Source: a virus. Taken from it: 64,000 bases of DNA. The stretch lies in IMG/VR virus record IMGVR_UViG_3300035698_020241, positions 32,001 through 96,000 of that record; one strand, given 5' to 3'. The notes below the pieces were generated by a model. That model was not told where the DNA came from. It was given only the letters and a program-made list of their open reading frames with translations, and did no database searches. Each line of letters starts with the position of its first letter. Within the stretch, counting starts at the first letter, position 1. The translations under genes and the position numbers were made by a program. Shown here one piece after another: positions 9,110 through 19,263 of this stretch.

Positions 9110-11985
9110 TATATTAACTCACATCCTCCTGCAGAACATGCCAACTCTGTGGCTCCTATAGTATAGTCGGAACTTTCGTATATATTCAAATCTTCAAAGT
9201 TTATCTTACGAGGAAAATCTTTTACCAGTTCTTTATATTTTTCTTCATCAATCTCCTCATAAGGAGGTAACTGATAAATTCCTGTATCATATGGTAAAAA
9301 ACTAATACCTGATACTATATCCCAATTCTTGTATACCCAAGCACCAACTTCAAGCCATTCATCATCCCTTACATAACAAGTAATACTTGGTTTATGCTCA
9401 CACCACGCAGTTTGCATTATTCTCCAATGCTCAAGTTGTGCTATTGCAGTTTTATCATTTCTGAATATTGCTCGTTTTGTGGGTGATTTAATTGGAAAGT
9501 CAAAGACAACTGTTGAACATTCATCAACTGTTCCTTGTTCCAATTCAGGGGTATGATTTACTCCTTTGTCTATTAAAAATTTACATATTGGATCTGTTCT
9601 TGAAACTCTTACTCTCCTGATATAATACATTGAATATCGTGGATGAATACCAGAAGATGTGTTAACTAACTGAGATACCGTACCACTTGGTTTGATAGCT
9701 GTAATGGCTGTAGGCATATTAATTCCTAAATTTTTACTCCACTTTTCTGCTACTTTTATAGCAGTGGTTCTCATAGACTCCAACCAATCAGATACTTTCT
9801 CAGATTTATTCTCATTACTCAATACTGGGTGATCCATTATACCTGTAAGTGATACACCAAGTAATCGTTCCTCATCACAATTCACCTTCCAACTTTTATC
9901 AAGAAATTTGAAATCTGTAAGTGTGGATTGTAATACACCAAGTATAGTTGCAAACTTAACTTTTTCAGTTAGATCATTCAGTTTATCACTATATCTAACT
10001 ACTACTTCTGAAAGGTTACAGAACTGGTTTGGTCTTAGAATAATTTCACTACATGGATTTGTACCGAAATCCCAATTTGCATCCCTTCTACCATTTATTG
10101 CTGCTATTCTCTTGGCACCTTCTCTATTGAAAATACCTCTTTCACCTGTACCTGACTTAATAAGTCTTCCCCATTCTTCCATGAATATTGGTATTTCAGG
10201 TCTTTCAGTATAAGCCACAGAATTGTTTGATAACTGTCTGTAAGGCGTTGACATCCAAAATTGTCCCTCTTTAGCCTTCATCATTCTTTGATCTGATAAA
10301 TTTGAAAGACTGATAGATGCGCTCCTTCTTACACCACCTACAACTACAATACTCGCAATATAACAAGCTAAATCATGAACCTCAAGTGAATTGAGTTTCC
10401 TGCCTTTAGCATTATGAAATGTTTGTATTGTAAATTCAATTAATCTTTTCAATGGACCAGGACCCGATGCCCTGCCACCAAATGTTTTCAGTATGGAACC
10501 TTTAGGTCTTATAAGGGTAAAATCAGTGTCAATTTCCTTACCTATGTATAATCCCTCTATGAATTGGCGATAGCCCTCTGCCCAACCAAACTTTGAATCT
10601 TCAAATATTATTACTTCATCACATCTGTTTATCATTGCTGGTATTTCTGGCAGTTTATTAATATGTTGTCTCTCTACTGAAAAACCTACACCACAACCGT
10701 TCATCATGATATACATGATCTCGGAGAGTGCTTTTACTCTATCTATTATTGTATAGGCACAATTTCCTGTTACGATACCATTAGGCATTACAAATGATTT
10801 ATCATCTTCCACTTCAAGACACCATACATCTGATTTAAAAGTATTACCTATATTTTTGACCTTCCAAGCAGTTCTACCATAATTATGCTTATTTTCATCA
10901 AAACCTAACTGATACGATGATATGAAATACCTATATGCTTTATTACTATATTTACCAAGATTTGTTTCTTGATTAACATCACCTTTTGATGTTATATAAA
11001 CACCGGCAATAGGAAAACACTTTTCAATAAAATCTTGTGCTTCTTTAGATACCTGTACTATATTTCTATAACGGGAAATCTTTATATTATCATCATCTTT
11101 TCTTTTGAGATTTGTGTTTTTACCACCATCTCCGTCTAAAAATCCTCTAATAAAAGCCCTTAATAATCTTGGATCATCCACTGAAGGATCTGGTAAGGTT
11201 TTTAAATATTTACCAGTATATACCATAAAATCTCCATCAAGTGAATTACTTGAAGATGTTTTAAATCCTAATTCTTCAAATCTATGTTTATATCTTATAT
11301 CATCTCCACACAATCTTATCATTGATCGTCTTGGTGATCCATCATCATTCTTTGTTACTGTTCCGTCTGCATATACAAGACCGTAAGCCCAATATACCCT
11401 CTCATCTGTAGGGGCTCCATCATACACAAAATCTTCAAACATATTAGGTTGTCCTAATAATGTATGTCCTTCTTTTAATTCGGTAGTTTCACTACCATCC
11501 TTTAATAACCATCTATGGTCCTTTGTTGTATTAACAACAAAAGGTTTTGAATTTCCTTTTTTAAATGTTACAGGATAAAGAAAATCTTTACCATAATTTC
11601 TTACTTTTGCTTTTTTCCAATTACCTTTATGTGTTAATACTACTGTAAAATCACCATCTTTAAAATCTTTAAATGATTTTACACCACATTTTGTAACAAA
11701 CTCTGTTTCTCGTCCAAAGCAGTTGTACCCTGCTATGTTATCATTCTCAAGTGCTGGGCCTGCACTCCACAATGCCCTCATTGAAGGCATTATTTTCTTT
11801 TCAAGAACAAATTCCTTTGCTTTGTCAAAAGCCCTTTGTAAGTTAGTGGGAACCCTATCTCCAAAAAAATCAAAATACCGATCAACAGTCTCTTCCCATG
11901 TTTCTCTTCTCTGCTGATCCCATATCCATCTACTGTAAGTTCTTTTATAAATGAACTCACTGTAAAAACTACTAATGTCCCTCAT
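9109..11985 (-). CDS. nrdJ: Class II (B12-dependent, monomeric RTPR-type) ribonucleotide reductase containing an intein
   Basis: YKRTYSR, MPSMRALW, GCGVGFS, GTNPCSEI, TAIKPSGTVSQL and a C-terminal CxxGxC. Confidence 0.93.
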   Translation of the reverse strand: MRDISSFYSEFIYKRTYSRWIWDQQRRETWEETVDRYFDFFGDRVPTNLQRAFDKAKEFVLEKKIMPSMRALWSAGPALENDNIAGYNCFGRETEFVTKCGVKSFKDFKDGDFTVVLTHKGNWKKAKVRNYGKDFLYPVTFKKGNSKPFVVNTTKDHRWLLKDGSETTELKEGHTLLGQPNMFEDFVYDGAPTDERVYWAYGLVYADGTVTKNDDGSPRRSMIRLCGDDIRYKHRFEELGFKTSSSNSLDGDFMVYTGKYLKTLPDPSVDDPRLLRAFIRGFLDGDGGKNTNLKRKDDDNIKISRYRNIVQVSKEAQDFIEKCFPIAGVYITSKGDVNQETNLGKYSNKAYRYFISSYQLGFDENKHNYGRTAWKVKNIGNTFKSDVWCLEVEDDKSFVMPNGIVTGNCAYTIIDRVKALSEIMYIMMNGCGVGFSVERQHINKLPEIPAMINRCDEVIIFEDSKFGWAEGYRQFIEGLYIGKEIDTDFTLIRPKGSILKTFGGRASGPGPLKRLIEFTIQTFHNAKGRKLNSLEVHDLACYIASIVVVGGVRRSASISLSNLSDQRMMKAKEGQFWMSTPYRQLSNNSVAYTERPEIPIFMEEWGRLIKSGTGERGIFNREGAKRIAAINGRRDANWDFGTNPCSEIILRPNQFCNLSEVVVRYSDKLNDLTEKVKFATILGVLQSTLTDFKFLDKSWKVNCDEERLLGVSLTGIMDHPVLSNENKSEKVSDWLESMRTTAIKVAEKWSKNLGINMPTAITAIKPSGTVSQLVNTSSGIHPRYSMYYIRRVRVSRTDPICKFLIDKGVNHTPELEQGTVDECSTVVFDFPIKSPTKRAIFRNDKTAIAQLEHWRIMQTAWCEHKPSITCYVRDDEWLEVGAWVYKNWDIVSGISFLPYDTGIYQLPPYEEIDEEKYKELVKDFPRKINFEDLNIYESSDYTIGATELACSAGGCELI
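10762..11721 (-). mobile_element. 320-aa intein with LAGLIDADG endonuclease in nrdJ
   Basis: AGYN|CFGRETE...IVTGN|CAY junctions; LAGLIDADG-like YGLVYADG and FIRGFLDGDG; VWCLEV block F. Confidence 0.9.
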
Positions 11986-12019
11986 TAAATATTACATGTC
12001 TCCCCGTTCTCCTTTATAT

Positions 12020-12520
12020 TTAAAGGTTAAACTTGTTTATTTCTACTTTTGTTACTTTACCTGTTACACTTACCAATTTACCACATTTAACACAATGCAA
12101 TGTTTCAGCGTGAATAGTTATATCCTGATATAAACCTACATAATCAAGAGTTCCAGCAGGACTTTCCCGTGTATAATCTATCCAAATAACATATGATACA
12201 CCGCATTCACAATCATAAGGTGAGGGTTTAGAGGTCTGTTGTGTTTGCCATAGTCTTTCTCTTATTTGGTCCTCACCTTCCCATATTCTTCTTCTTACTC
12301 GGTCCTCATGGCGATCTCTTTCTAGATTGTAACGGCTAATACCTCTATCCATATCATCATATGATACAGCATTATTTCTTGCAGTTGCCTTTACAGTTTC
12401 AACAACAATATCATCCACTAGTTCTTTACCAAACTTATCTAGTGTTTCACCTATTTCATCAAAAATCTCGTCCACATTATCACCAAGCAAAACCAGGAGC
12501 CTTGGGCTCCTGGTTTTCAT
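12020..12520 (-). CDS. Hypothetical protein
   Basis: ORF in operon context. Confidence 0.6.
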   Translation of the reverse strand: MKTRSPRLLVLLGDNVDEIFDEIGETLDKFGKELVDDIVVETVKATARNNAVSYDDMDRGISRYNLERDRHEDRVRRRIWEGEDQIRERLWQTQQTSKPSPYDCECGVSYVIWIDYTRESPAGTLDYVGLYQDITIHAETLHCVKCGKLVSVTGKVTKVEINKFNL

Positions 12521-12538
12521 ATTTATATTTATATCTCG

Positions 12539-12745
12539 TTATATTCTGAGATATTCTCTTGCATCATCTGTTATTCTTTCAACTTTCAGATCCTCACGAA
12601 ATTTCTCAGGTATTTTTTTAAATACCGCTATTATTTCCTCTCTGTCCGTAAAGATTTTAAACGAACCATATCCATATGGAATTTGATGTTCTTTTTCAAA
12701 AGAATCTCTAACTTTCGGGTCAACAATAGCATATCTCTCAATCAT
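12539..12745 (-). CDS. Hypothetical protein
   Basis: ORF with RBS, coupled to neighbour. Confidence 0.6.
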   Translation of the reverse strand: MIERYAIVDPKVRDSFEKEHQIPYGYGSFKIFTDREEIIAVFKKIPEKFREDLKVERITDDAREYLRI

Positions 12746-13044
12746 TTCTGCTCCTTTTTATGAAAAAAGATTGTATTTCTTTTTTCCTGTCTACGTTTCT
12801 CAATTATACTTACTAACACATCACCATGACATGGTTTCGGTTTACACCAACATCCTAATATCTTACCTTCTAACTCATCCAGTGACGACATTAAATGTTT
12901 TTGAGTCAATATCCACTTTTCATACTTCTTAATCCTATCACATCTAGTTCCATTTGTAAATGGATTTTTCCACTTAGATGGGTTTGCGATTAGAACATCG
13001 TAAGTATCATTTTTTAAATGAACTACTTTCGTTTTATTTTTCAT
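12742..13044 (-). CDS. DUF4326-family protein
   Basis: SKWKNPF...ELEGKILGCWCKPKPCHGDVL. Confidence 0.85.
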   Translation of the reverse strand: MKNKTKVVHLKNDTYDVLIANPSKWKNPFTNGTRCDRIKKYEKWILTQKHLMSSLDELEGKILGCWCKPKPCHGDVLVSIIEKRRQEKRNTIFFHKKEQK

Positions 13045-13396
13045 AATGACTACAACAAAAGTCCTCTCTTGTTACAAATTCTGGGTTAAGAGCTGTATGG
13101 GTTTCAATCGTAAACAAACAATCCTCCCTGTCAGTCTTATCACAGTATCCATATCTTGGTGTAATTTCTCTCTCTTTTCGTAACCAAAATGCACATGCAC
13201 CACAATTTTTTTCTCCATCCTTAACAATCATATGCTCATAGTCTTTAGATTCCATATGAATAATATGTTCAAATCTTTTAAGGGCCTGTCTTATTGTTTC
13301 CGCTTTGCTTGGAGAATCTATTTCCTTGGTCAACTCATTTAATCTTTTGACTGCCTCTTTTGAAAAGTCAAAACTTATTCTTTTATATACTTTCAT
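13034..13396 (-). CDS. Ribbon-helix-helix protein with Cys-rich C-terminus
   Basis: RISFDFSKEAVKRLNEL...SKAETIRQAL, then CxxC...C...CC. Confidence 0.6.
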   Translation of the reverse strand: MKVYKRISFDFSKEAVKRLNELTKEIDSPSKAETIRQALKRFEHIIHMESKDYEHMIVKDGEKNCGACAFWLRKEREITPRYGYCDKTDREDCLFTIETHTALNPEFVTREDFCCSHYEK

Positions 13397-13409
13397 TAGT
13401 GTCCTTTCC

Positions 13410-14294
13410 TTAGTATAAACTCATTAGCTTTCGTTCAATATTTGTAAAGTCATCCAAAAATCCACGCATATTATATTGTTTAAAGAATTTACGAATGTTT
13501 TGAGGTGGTGGGAAAGTTGATCGTTTATATGATATTGTGATTCTATCTCTCATTGACTGTGGTATATAACCAAAGTCCATAAGAATTCTATTTCGTTTAA
13601 AATTGTCCTGTAAATCTTTCTTTTCAAGCCATTCTTCATAACCTTCTTTCATCACTTTATCACAAGATTTTGGACCAAAACCTGGCTTTCTTTTACCTGC
13701 AGTTTCGGGCGTCTGGCCCCAATTATTTGGTGTTATTACATTAAATATATCATCTTTTGCTTGTCCCATTAAACTTTTTCTTATAACAAAAAGTTCTGTA
13801 TCATCACATTGAGAATATTTTTTATTCTTGGGATTCCATACCCGTACACTATCACTACATAGTTGTAAATAATCTTCATCATTGCTTATAACTATACTCT
13901 CACCTCTATTTTCCATGGCGAGTATGCCTATAATATCATCTGCTTCTGCACCTCTAACTTTTAATACTTTATAGGGCATGAAATGCTTCAAGTCAGCCGC
14001 AAGTCTATCTATAGCACCATAAAGTAAGTTAAAATCTACCTCTGTTTTATCTCTTTTCTTTTTTCTGGATTCTTTATATCTGGGGAAATAGGATTTTCTC
14101 CAGGTGTTCTTGTCGTCCACAGCAATCACAACTTCGTTGATACCTTTCTCAAGATACATCCACTTATGGATTACTTCACATACCATGTATCTCCATATGT
14201 CAAAATTCGGTTTAGGCGTGTACACTGCCACTTCTTTTAGGAAGAAATAGCGGAAGGCTAGATTATTAAAATCTATCAGTATCGTTTTTTTCAT
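13410..14294 (-). CDS. rnh: T4-like RNase H / 5'-3' exonuclease
   Basis: ILIDFNN, WRKSYFPRYKESR, EADDIIG, SNDED and DDIFNV. Confidence 0.9.
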   Translation of the reverse strand: MKKTILIDFNNLAFRYFFLKEVAVYTPKPNFDIWRYMVCEVIHKWMYLEKGINEVVIAVDDKNTWRKSYFPRYKESRKKKRDKTEVDFNLLYGAIDRLAADLKHFMPYKVLKVRGAEADDIIGILAMENRGESIVISNDEDYLQLCSDSVRVWNPKNKKYSQCDDTELFVIRKSLMGQAKDDIFNVITPNNWGQTPETAGKRKPGFGPKSCDKVMKEGYEEWLEKKDLQDNFKRNRILMDFGYIPQSMRDRITISYKRSTFPPPQNIRKFFKQYNMRGFLDDFTNIERKLMSLY

Positions 14295-14353
14295 TTTTAC
14301 ATCCTTTCATATTTCACTACTTATAGTATAACATATGAAGATGTTTTTGTAAA

Positions 14354-14551
14354 CTAATCGTTTTTCTTCTTGTTTTTCTCTATTAAAAATGACTTAGCAA
14401 ACGCTATCAATTTCTTGATTTGGGTTTTTGATTGTTTATGACACATGAATATAGGAAGCATGTTAAGTACTTCCTCATTCGTAGGCTCATATTGCTCCAA
14501 ATACCCTTGTGCTGTATTAGGTTCAATTTCTTTCATTATGTTTCCTTTCAT
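14354..14551 (-). CDS. Hypothetical protein
   Basis: Short ORF behind a TTTACA promoter. Confidence 0.55.
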   Translation of the reverse strand: MKGNIMKEIEPNTAQGYLEQYEPTNEEVLNMLPIFMCHKQSKTQIKKLIAFAKSFLIEKNKKKND

Positions 14552-14596
14552 TATTTTAATACCTATATTATAACATATAAAGGTAGTATTGTAAAC

Positions 14597-15052
14597 CTAT
14601 GGTTTACCTTTATACAACGCCGTTTCTGCCGCATATACTTTATTAAAACATTCAGCATAACTTAAAATATTTAATCCATTTGAATACTTCATCCAACTAT
14701 AAAGATATAAAGATTTTATTTTACCAATAGGCAAAGTACACCTTGTACTTTTATATTCTTTACATGTAAGGGTTGATGCTCCATATGGAAACAATGATCT
14801 TACTTTAGTTGAACTATAATTAATAGGTGATACAAAAAATGTCTTAGTTATAACAACATCTAATATTTCAACAGAACTACTTAATATCTTTTTCAATACA
14901 TCTATCTGTGTGTTTCTATCTGGTTGTTTAATTACTCCTGCTAAACTACCAAGTTTAAATATCAATGAATCTGTTTGTTCTCTTACTCTATCTACAACAT
15001 CATAAACACAGATTGCTCCTTCCTTTTTAGGTGAAATTAAATCATCAAACAT
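14597..15052 (-). CDS. Hypothetical protein
   Basis: ORF coupled to neighbour. Confidence 0.6.
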   Translation of the reverse strand: MFDDLISPKKEGAICVYDVVDRVREQTDSLIFKLGSLAGVIKQPDRNTQIDVLKKILSSSVEILDVVITKTFFVSPINYSSTKVRSLFPYGASTLTCKEYKSTRCTLPIGKIKSLYLYSWMKYSNGLNILSYAECFNKVYAAETALYKGKP

Positions 15053-15345
15053 TATTTAATCTTCCTTGTGTATCCATCATGACTTATATGAAATGCTTGT
15101 TTATACATAGAACCTGCCATATATTTTGATGCAGATGTGCCGTTTTTAAATCTTACCCTTTTACGTCCATGACGCATATTTTGATGAAACTCATCTTTAC
15201 TTACATTAAATACAGGTAGACCTCCCTTCTCACCGTCAGCAAAACAATCAGCTACACATGTTTTTACTTTTCCGAGTTCTCCTGTTACAGCATGATCTTT
15301 AGCTGCTAAATCTTCTGGTCTTATATTACCACCTATTTCACTCAT
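15052..15345 (-). CDS. Hypothetical protein
   Basis: ORF coupled to neighbours. Confidence 0.65.
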   Translation of the reverse strand: MSEIGGNIRPEDLAAKDHAVTGELGKVKTCVADCFADGEKGGLPVFNVSKDEFHQNMRHGRKRVRFKNGTSASKYMAGSMYKQAFHISHDGYTRKIK

Positions 15346-15773
15346 TAAACTTCCTCCTCATTTAATATTTCTTCCACTAACATTTCTAATCCTTCATCAG
15401 ATATGGAATGACTATTTCCTAACATTTTCATTGCTGCCATTTTAACAATTTTCTTCAATTTTTTAAGTTTACTTTTTTTCTCAGGTTCCTCTACTCTTTT
15501 AGTATCATCAGATTTTACTATATTTATAGTATTCGTTCCCATTTCCTCATCATTAAATGCATCTTTTAATCTTTTATATTTTACTCTCATTTCCGAATTC
15601 ATGGAAATATAGTATCTCAATAACAAAGGTTTCATACCTTTTTTTTCCATAGTAGTGGCCAATTTATTAAAATCTTTATTGTTAGATATAACCTCATTAG
15701 GGTTTACCAATTTGTCAAATAAAAATGCCACTGTAAAATCTGCATACTCATTGGGTGTTATATTTATCTTCAT
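15345..15773 (-). CDS. Hypothetical protein
   Basis: ORF coupled to neighbours. Confidence 0.65.
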   Translation of the reverse strand: MKINITPNEYADFTVAFLFDKLVNPNEVISNNKDFNKLATTMEKKGMKPLLLRYYISMNSEMRVKYKRLKDAFNDEEMGTNTINIVKSDDTKRVEEPEKKSKLKKLKKIVKMAAMKMLGNSHSISDEGLEMLVEEILNEEEV

Positions 15774-16312
15774 TTTATCTCCGCCAATTCTTTAATATTT
15801 TCAGGTGTTATAATATTGAAAAAATTCTCAAATGAAAAGAACTCAACAGATGGTAAATAATCACATTCCCATGTCATAACAATAGATGGAAGTTCACAAA
15901 GTTTCTCATTTATACAACTAAGTGTCCATGATACTTCTTCCTCTATACCAACTATATGTTTTTGACCCTTTTTCCTATATATAAGCATTCCTGCTTTATC
16001 ACCTTTTTTAGCATCGTCCATACATTGTATCCAAAAATCTCTAATATTAAAATTTTTTATGTTTTTAAAATGTTGCCAGAAAGATGTTTTTGGATAACCA
16101 TTTTTACATTCAATGCTAAAATAATCTGTTAAAAACTCCGCATCAGGTGCTAAAGCTCTTATATCACCTGATAGATCAACATTCTCCTCATGTATAGTGG
16201 CTAAACCACCACTACCTGGCATTCGCCAATATTTATAAGGTTTTGGTTTTCCTGTTAACCATGATGTAAGTTCCTTACTTACATCCCTTTCAAAATCTCC
16301 TCCTTTCCCCAT
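15770..16312 (-). CDS. Holliday junction resolvase (Hjc-like PD-(D/E)XK)
   Basis: KGGDFER...SGG...GDI...SIECKN. Confidence 0.8.
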   Translation of the reverse strand: MGKGGDFERDVSKELTSWLTGKPKPYKYWRMPGSGGLATIHEENVDLSGDIRALAPDAEFLTDYFSIECKNGYPKTSFWQHFKNIKNFNIRDFWIQCMDDAKKGDKAGMLIYRKKGQKHIVGIEEEVSWTLSCINEKLCELPSIVMTWECDYLPSVEFFSFENFFNIITPENIKELAEIK

Positions 16313-16428
16313 ACACTAATCACCTCGTTTATATTTTGTCGCACAACTGTAAGTCTGTAGAATATATCTATACAGACATTTATTTTAAAAAATTCTTATT
16401 ATGTTTACCATAAAAAAATTACACTCTC

Positions 16429-16584
16429 CTACTTATGTGAATCACATGTATCGCAATCACCAGCACAGTCACAATCTTTACAATCATCACCCCATTTATC
16501 TTCATCTGGTTCTGGTTGTGTAGTCTCTGACACTTCTTGATCGCATCCACCAGTACATCCTTGGCATCCATCTCCATCACTCAT
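16429..16584 (-). CDS. 51-aa acidic Cys-rich peptide (not in ORF track)
   Basis: MSDGDGCQGCTGGCDQEVSETTQPEPDEDKWGDDCKDCDCAGDCDTCDSHK behind an AGGGAGG RBS. Confidence 0.75.
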   Translation of the reverse strand: MSDGDGCQGCTGGCDQEVSETTQPEPDEDKWGDDCKDCDCAGDCDTCDSHK

Positions 16585-16603
16585 AACAATTACCTCCCTT
16601 ATG

Positions 16604-16628
16604 AAAAGGACCTCCCAATGGGAGGTCC
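16604..16628 (-). terminator. Intrinsic terminator
   Basis: GGACCTCCC/GGGAGGTCC 9-bp stem plus UUUU. Confidence 0.7.
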
Positions 16629-16641
16629 CGATTTAAAACTA

Positions 16642-17448
16642 TTACATATTTTCAAGTCGTTCACACTTGAAACCTTTATACTGTTTTATTCTTCCACTAA
16701 CTATATGTTGAAAATTACTTTGATATAATTTTATACCAGTATTTTCTTCATAATCTCTACAAAAACTAGTTAAACAATTTGTAAAAATTTCTTTACCATC
16801 TGGATGAATAATTTTCCACTTAATATTTTTCAAACCTTTATTATAATTAGGATTATTCTCTCCAATCTTACCATACATAGGATTACTTTTCCCTTTATTA
16901 TGTATTTTTCCTTTCTCACTCAAAATTATTTTCGTTTCAATAGAATGTTTTTTCCCATACATACCATTATTTTTACCACTAAATTTTTTTCTATATGAAC
17001 CACTCTCATAAAGAACTTTCATTTTTTTCTGGAAATCTTCATCCTGTAATAATTTCTTACGTGCTTTACTAATATTTTTCCTATGTTCTTTTGAAAATTT
17101 TCTACCTATTAATGAATTTGATAATTTATTTCTCTGTTCCTTACTGGCCTTCCAACCATAATGTCCCTCACCACCCCAAGTCATATTATATCCATTTTCC
17201 GATATATGACTGTGATATTGTTTAATGTAATGAAACTCCATCTCATCCAATTCTTCTTTGGAATTACATTCTTCAACTATAGTCCATTCAAAAACATCTT
17301 CATTATATTTTTTAAGAGCCCTATGAAAATAAAAGTTAGTATTCTTAGATTTCCAATAATGTTCCTTTATTCTATTATCTAAATCAAATTTTGTTTGTCC
17401 TATATAACATTTTGAATTTATTTTATTTTTAACTTTATAAATTATCAT
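16642..17448 (-). CDS. GIY-YIG homing endonuclease (Seg-like, NUMOD3 repeats)
   Basis: IIYKVKNKINSKCYIGQT, NGYNMT, NGMYGKKHS and NPMYGK. Confidence 0.9.
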   Translation of the reverse strand: MIIYKVKNKINSKCYIGQTKFDLDNRIKEHYWKSKNTNFYFHRALKKYNEDVFEWTIVEECNSKEELDEMEFHYIKQYHSHISENGYNMTWGGEGHYGWKASKEQRNKLSNSLIGRKFSKEHRKNISKARKKLLQDEDFQKKMKVLYESGSYRKKFSGKNNGMYGKKHSIETKIILSEKGKIHNKGKSNPMYGKIGENNPNYNKGLKNIKWKIIHPDGKEIFTNCLTSFCRDYEENTGIKLYQSNFQHIVSGRIKQYKGFKCERLENM

Positions 17449-17541
17449 ATAAATATCTCCATTTCTATAAAGTATTTATATACCTTCTACTAAACGAACT
17501 GGAAATAATATAAAAATTGTAAACGCCTATTATTATTACGA

Positions 17542-18543
17542 TCACATTGATTCTAATTCTTTTAAAAGGTCCGAATCTAATATATCACCATCATCAGTAT
17601 CCATAGAACTAACCTTTTCTTTTTCAGATTGTTCTAAAGGAGTATCTGTAGATGTATCTGGACTATCCCACTGGGAATCATCTATATCATCTTCGGTTGT
17701 ACTTCCGAGGCCGCCTGTTATTTTAGCTACTCTGTCCTCTTTAGCTTTATTTTTTTTGATATCGTCCTCAACTATCTCATAAACCATTTCGTCTTTGAGA
17801 ACTTTGATTACGAATTCTTCACCCCTATCAAGACTCTTAATATATTCATCAAGTCCAACAGTTGTTTTCATTATCTTATCTATCTCATCATCCGTACCGA
17901 TTGCTGATGAGCGTCTTGCAAATGTTGACTGACTATAATCAGGCCATATGTTGCCTCTTGCATCCTTTTTTGTGGAAAGTACTTTAAGAATGAAATTATA
18001 TCCTTCATCACTTGGATCAAATATTGAATGACCAAGGCCATTTTTTGTATCTGTAATTTCTTCTTTAAGTTTCATTTCAACTTTACCAGGAAACTCATAT
18101 AATCTTACATTTCCAGAAACTTTCTTATCATCCTCAAGTTCTGAATCCCGTGGATCGTCAACAATATAAAAGTTACCAACGAACTTTTCCTTTCTTTTAA
18201 AATTACTAGCCATTGCCTTATCTGCAGCAACACCCATGTATAACTTTGAAGTTGCTGTGCATAATGGACAGAATGCATCAAAATTATGTGTTTTTGGACA
18301 TACTATAAATGCCCATTGCTCACCAGATTTGAACATATGATAGTAATATTTATTATAAAAGTTACCATCCTTATCAGGTATAAATCTACCCTCATAAACT
18401 TTTGCTCTTGAATCTGTTCCCTTTTCAGGGGTTTTCCATACGAACTCTGAGCGTCTTATACCACCGCTTTTTGGCTCGTCTTTCTCATCCGTTTTCTTAC
18501 TTTGGAATTTGTTAAATTTTTCCTTGTTTATCCATTTACTCAA
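17542..18543 (-). CDS. Single-stranded DNA-binding protein (T4 gp32-like)
   Basis: CP...CPLC zinc motif, IVDDPRD, GYNFILK, YSQSTF and an acidic tail; TTG start at 18543 after AGAGGAG. Confidence 0.88.
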   Translation of the reverse strand: MSKWINKEKFNKFQSKKTDEKDEPKSGGIRRSEFVWKTPEKGTDSRAKVYEGRFIPDKDGNFYNKYYYHMFKSGEQWAFIVCPKTHNFDAFCPLCTATSKLYMGVAADKAMASNFKRKEKFVGNFYIVDDPRDSELEDDKKVSGNVRLYEFPGKVEMKLKEEITDTKNGLGHSIFDPSDEGYNFILKVLSTKKDARGNIWPDYSQSTFARRSSAIGTDDEIDKIMKTTVGLDEYIKSLDRGEEFVIKVLKDEMVYEIVEDDIKKNKAKEDRVAKITGGLGSTTEDDIDDSQWDSPDTSTDTPLEQSEKEKVSSMDTDDGDILDSDLLKELESM

Positions 18544-18685
18544 TCTTTCTCCTCTTATATCACCCACTGCGGTTGATTAGTTGTAAAGTGATATAATTTT
18601 TATAATTTATTTTTTTATCGTACCGCAGATTTCTTCATATTTTATAATAACATATAAATTATAAAATGTAAACTATTTAAAATAA

Positions 18686-18967
18686 CTATTCACACCACAT
18701 CATATCACGGATATTATCTTTCCAATACTCAAAATCTCCGTCATTATCAAGGCCGTTTATACTGGTTAAGCCTTTATGATGAGCATAACAAAATTTGAAG
18801 ATTTCGTTCTGAGCGTCTGTAATACTTACCAAATGTTCTTCCAAAAGGTCTTCTCTTAAAATATCAACAACAGCCTTTTCAACAAGAAGATCATTTTCTT
18901 CCTTATTTGTTTCAATTGTTAAAACAGCACTACCATCATCATTTTCTTTAATTTCCAAAACTTCCAT
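18686..18967 (-). CDS. Hypothetical protein
   Basis: ORF with RBS. Confidence 0.6.
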   Translation of the reverse strand: MEVLEIKENDDGSAVLTIETNKEENDLLVEKAVVDILREDLLEEHLVSITDAQNEIFKFCYAHHKGLTSINGLDNDGDFEYWKDNIRDMMWCE

Positions 18968-18989
18968 TTTACTTTCCTTTCACAATTTA

Positions 18990-19169
18990 TTATTCATTTA
19001 ATGGTTCTTGTTTACCGTCTGTCTCGTTTAACTTTTTCTTTTTTGTCCACAGGGGGTCGCCCTTCAACTTTTCGTTTTTTAGATAATCCTTCTTTGGGTC
19101 TTTCCATAGTGGATCGCCCTCTATTCTTTTTTCCTTTATAAGGTCTTTTCTTTTTATTACTTTTGCCAT
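18990..19169 (-). CDS. Small basic protein with two GDPLW motifs
   Basis: Start MAKVIK after an AGGAG RBS. Confidence 0.6.
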   Translation of the reverse strand: MAKVIKRKDLIKEKRIEGDPLWKDPKKDYLKNEKLKGDPLWTKKKKLNETDGKQEPLNE

Positions 19170-19263
19170 ATCTCTCCTTAGTAACCCCTTTATCATCCAT
19201 AAGGTCATTCCATGCATGTTCCATTGCGGTTCGTGGGTTCTTAATCTTAAATAGTTCTTTCAT

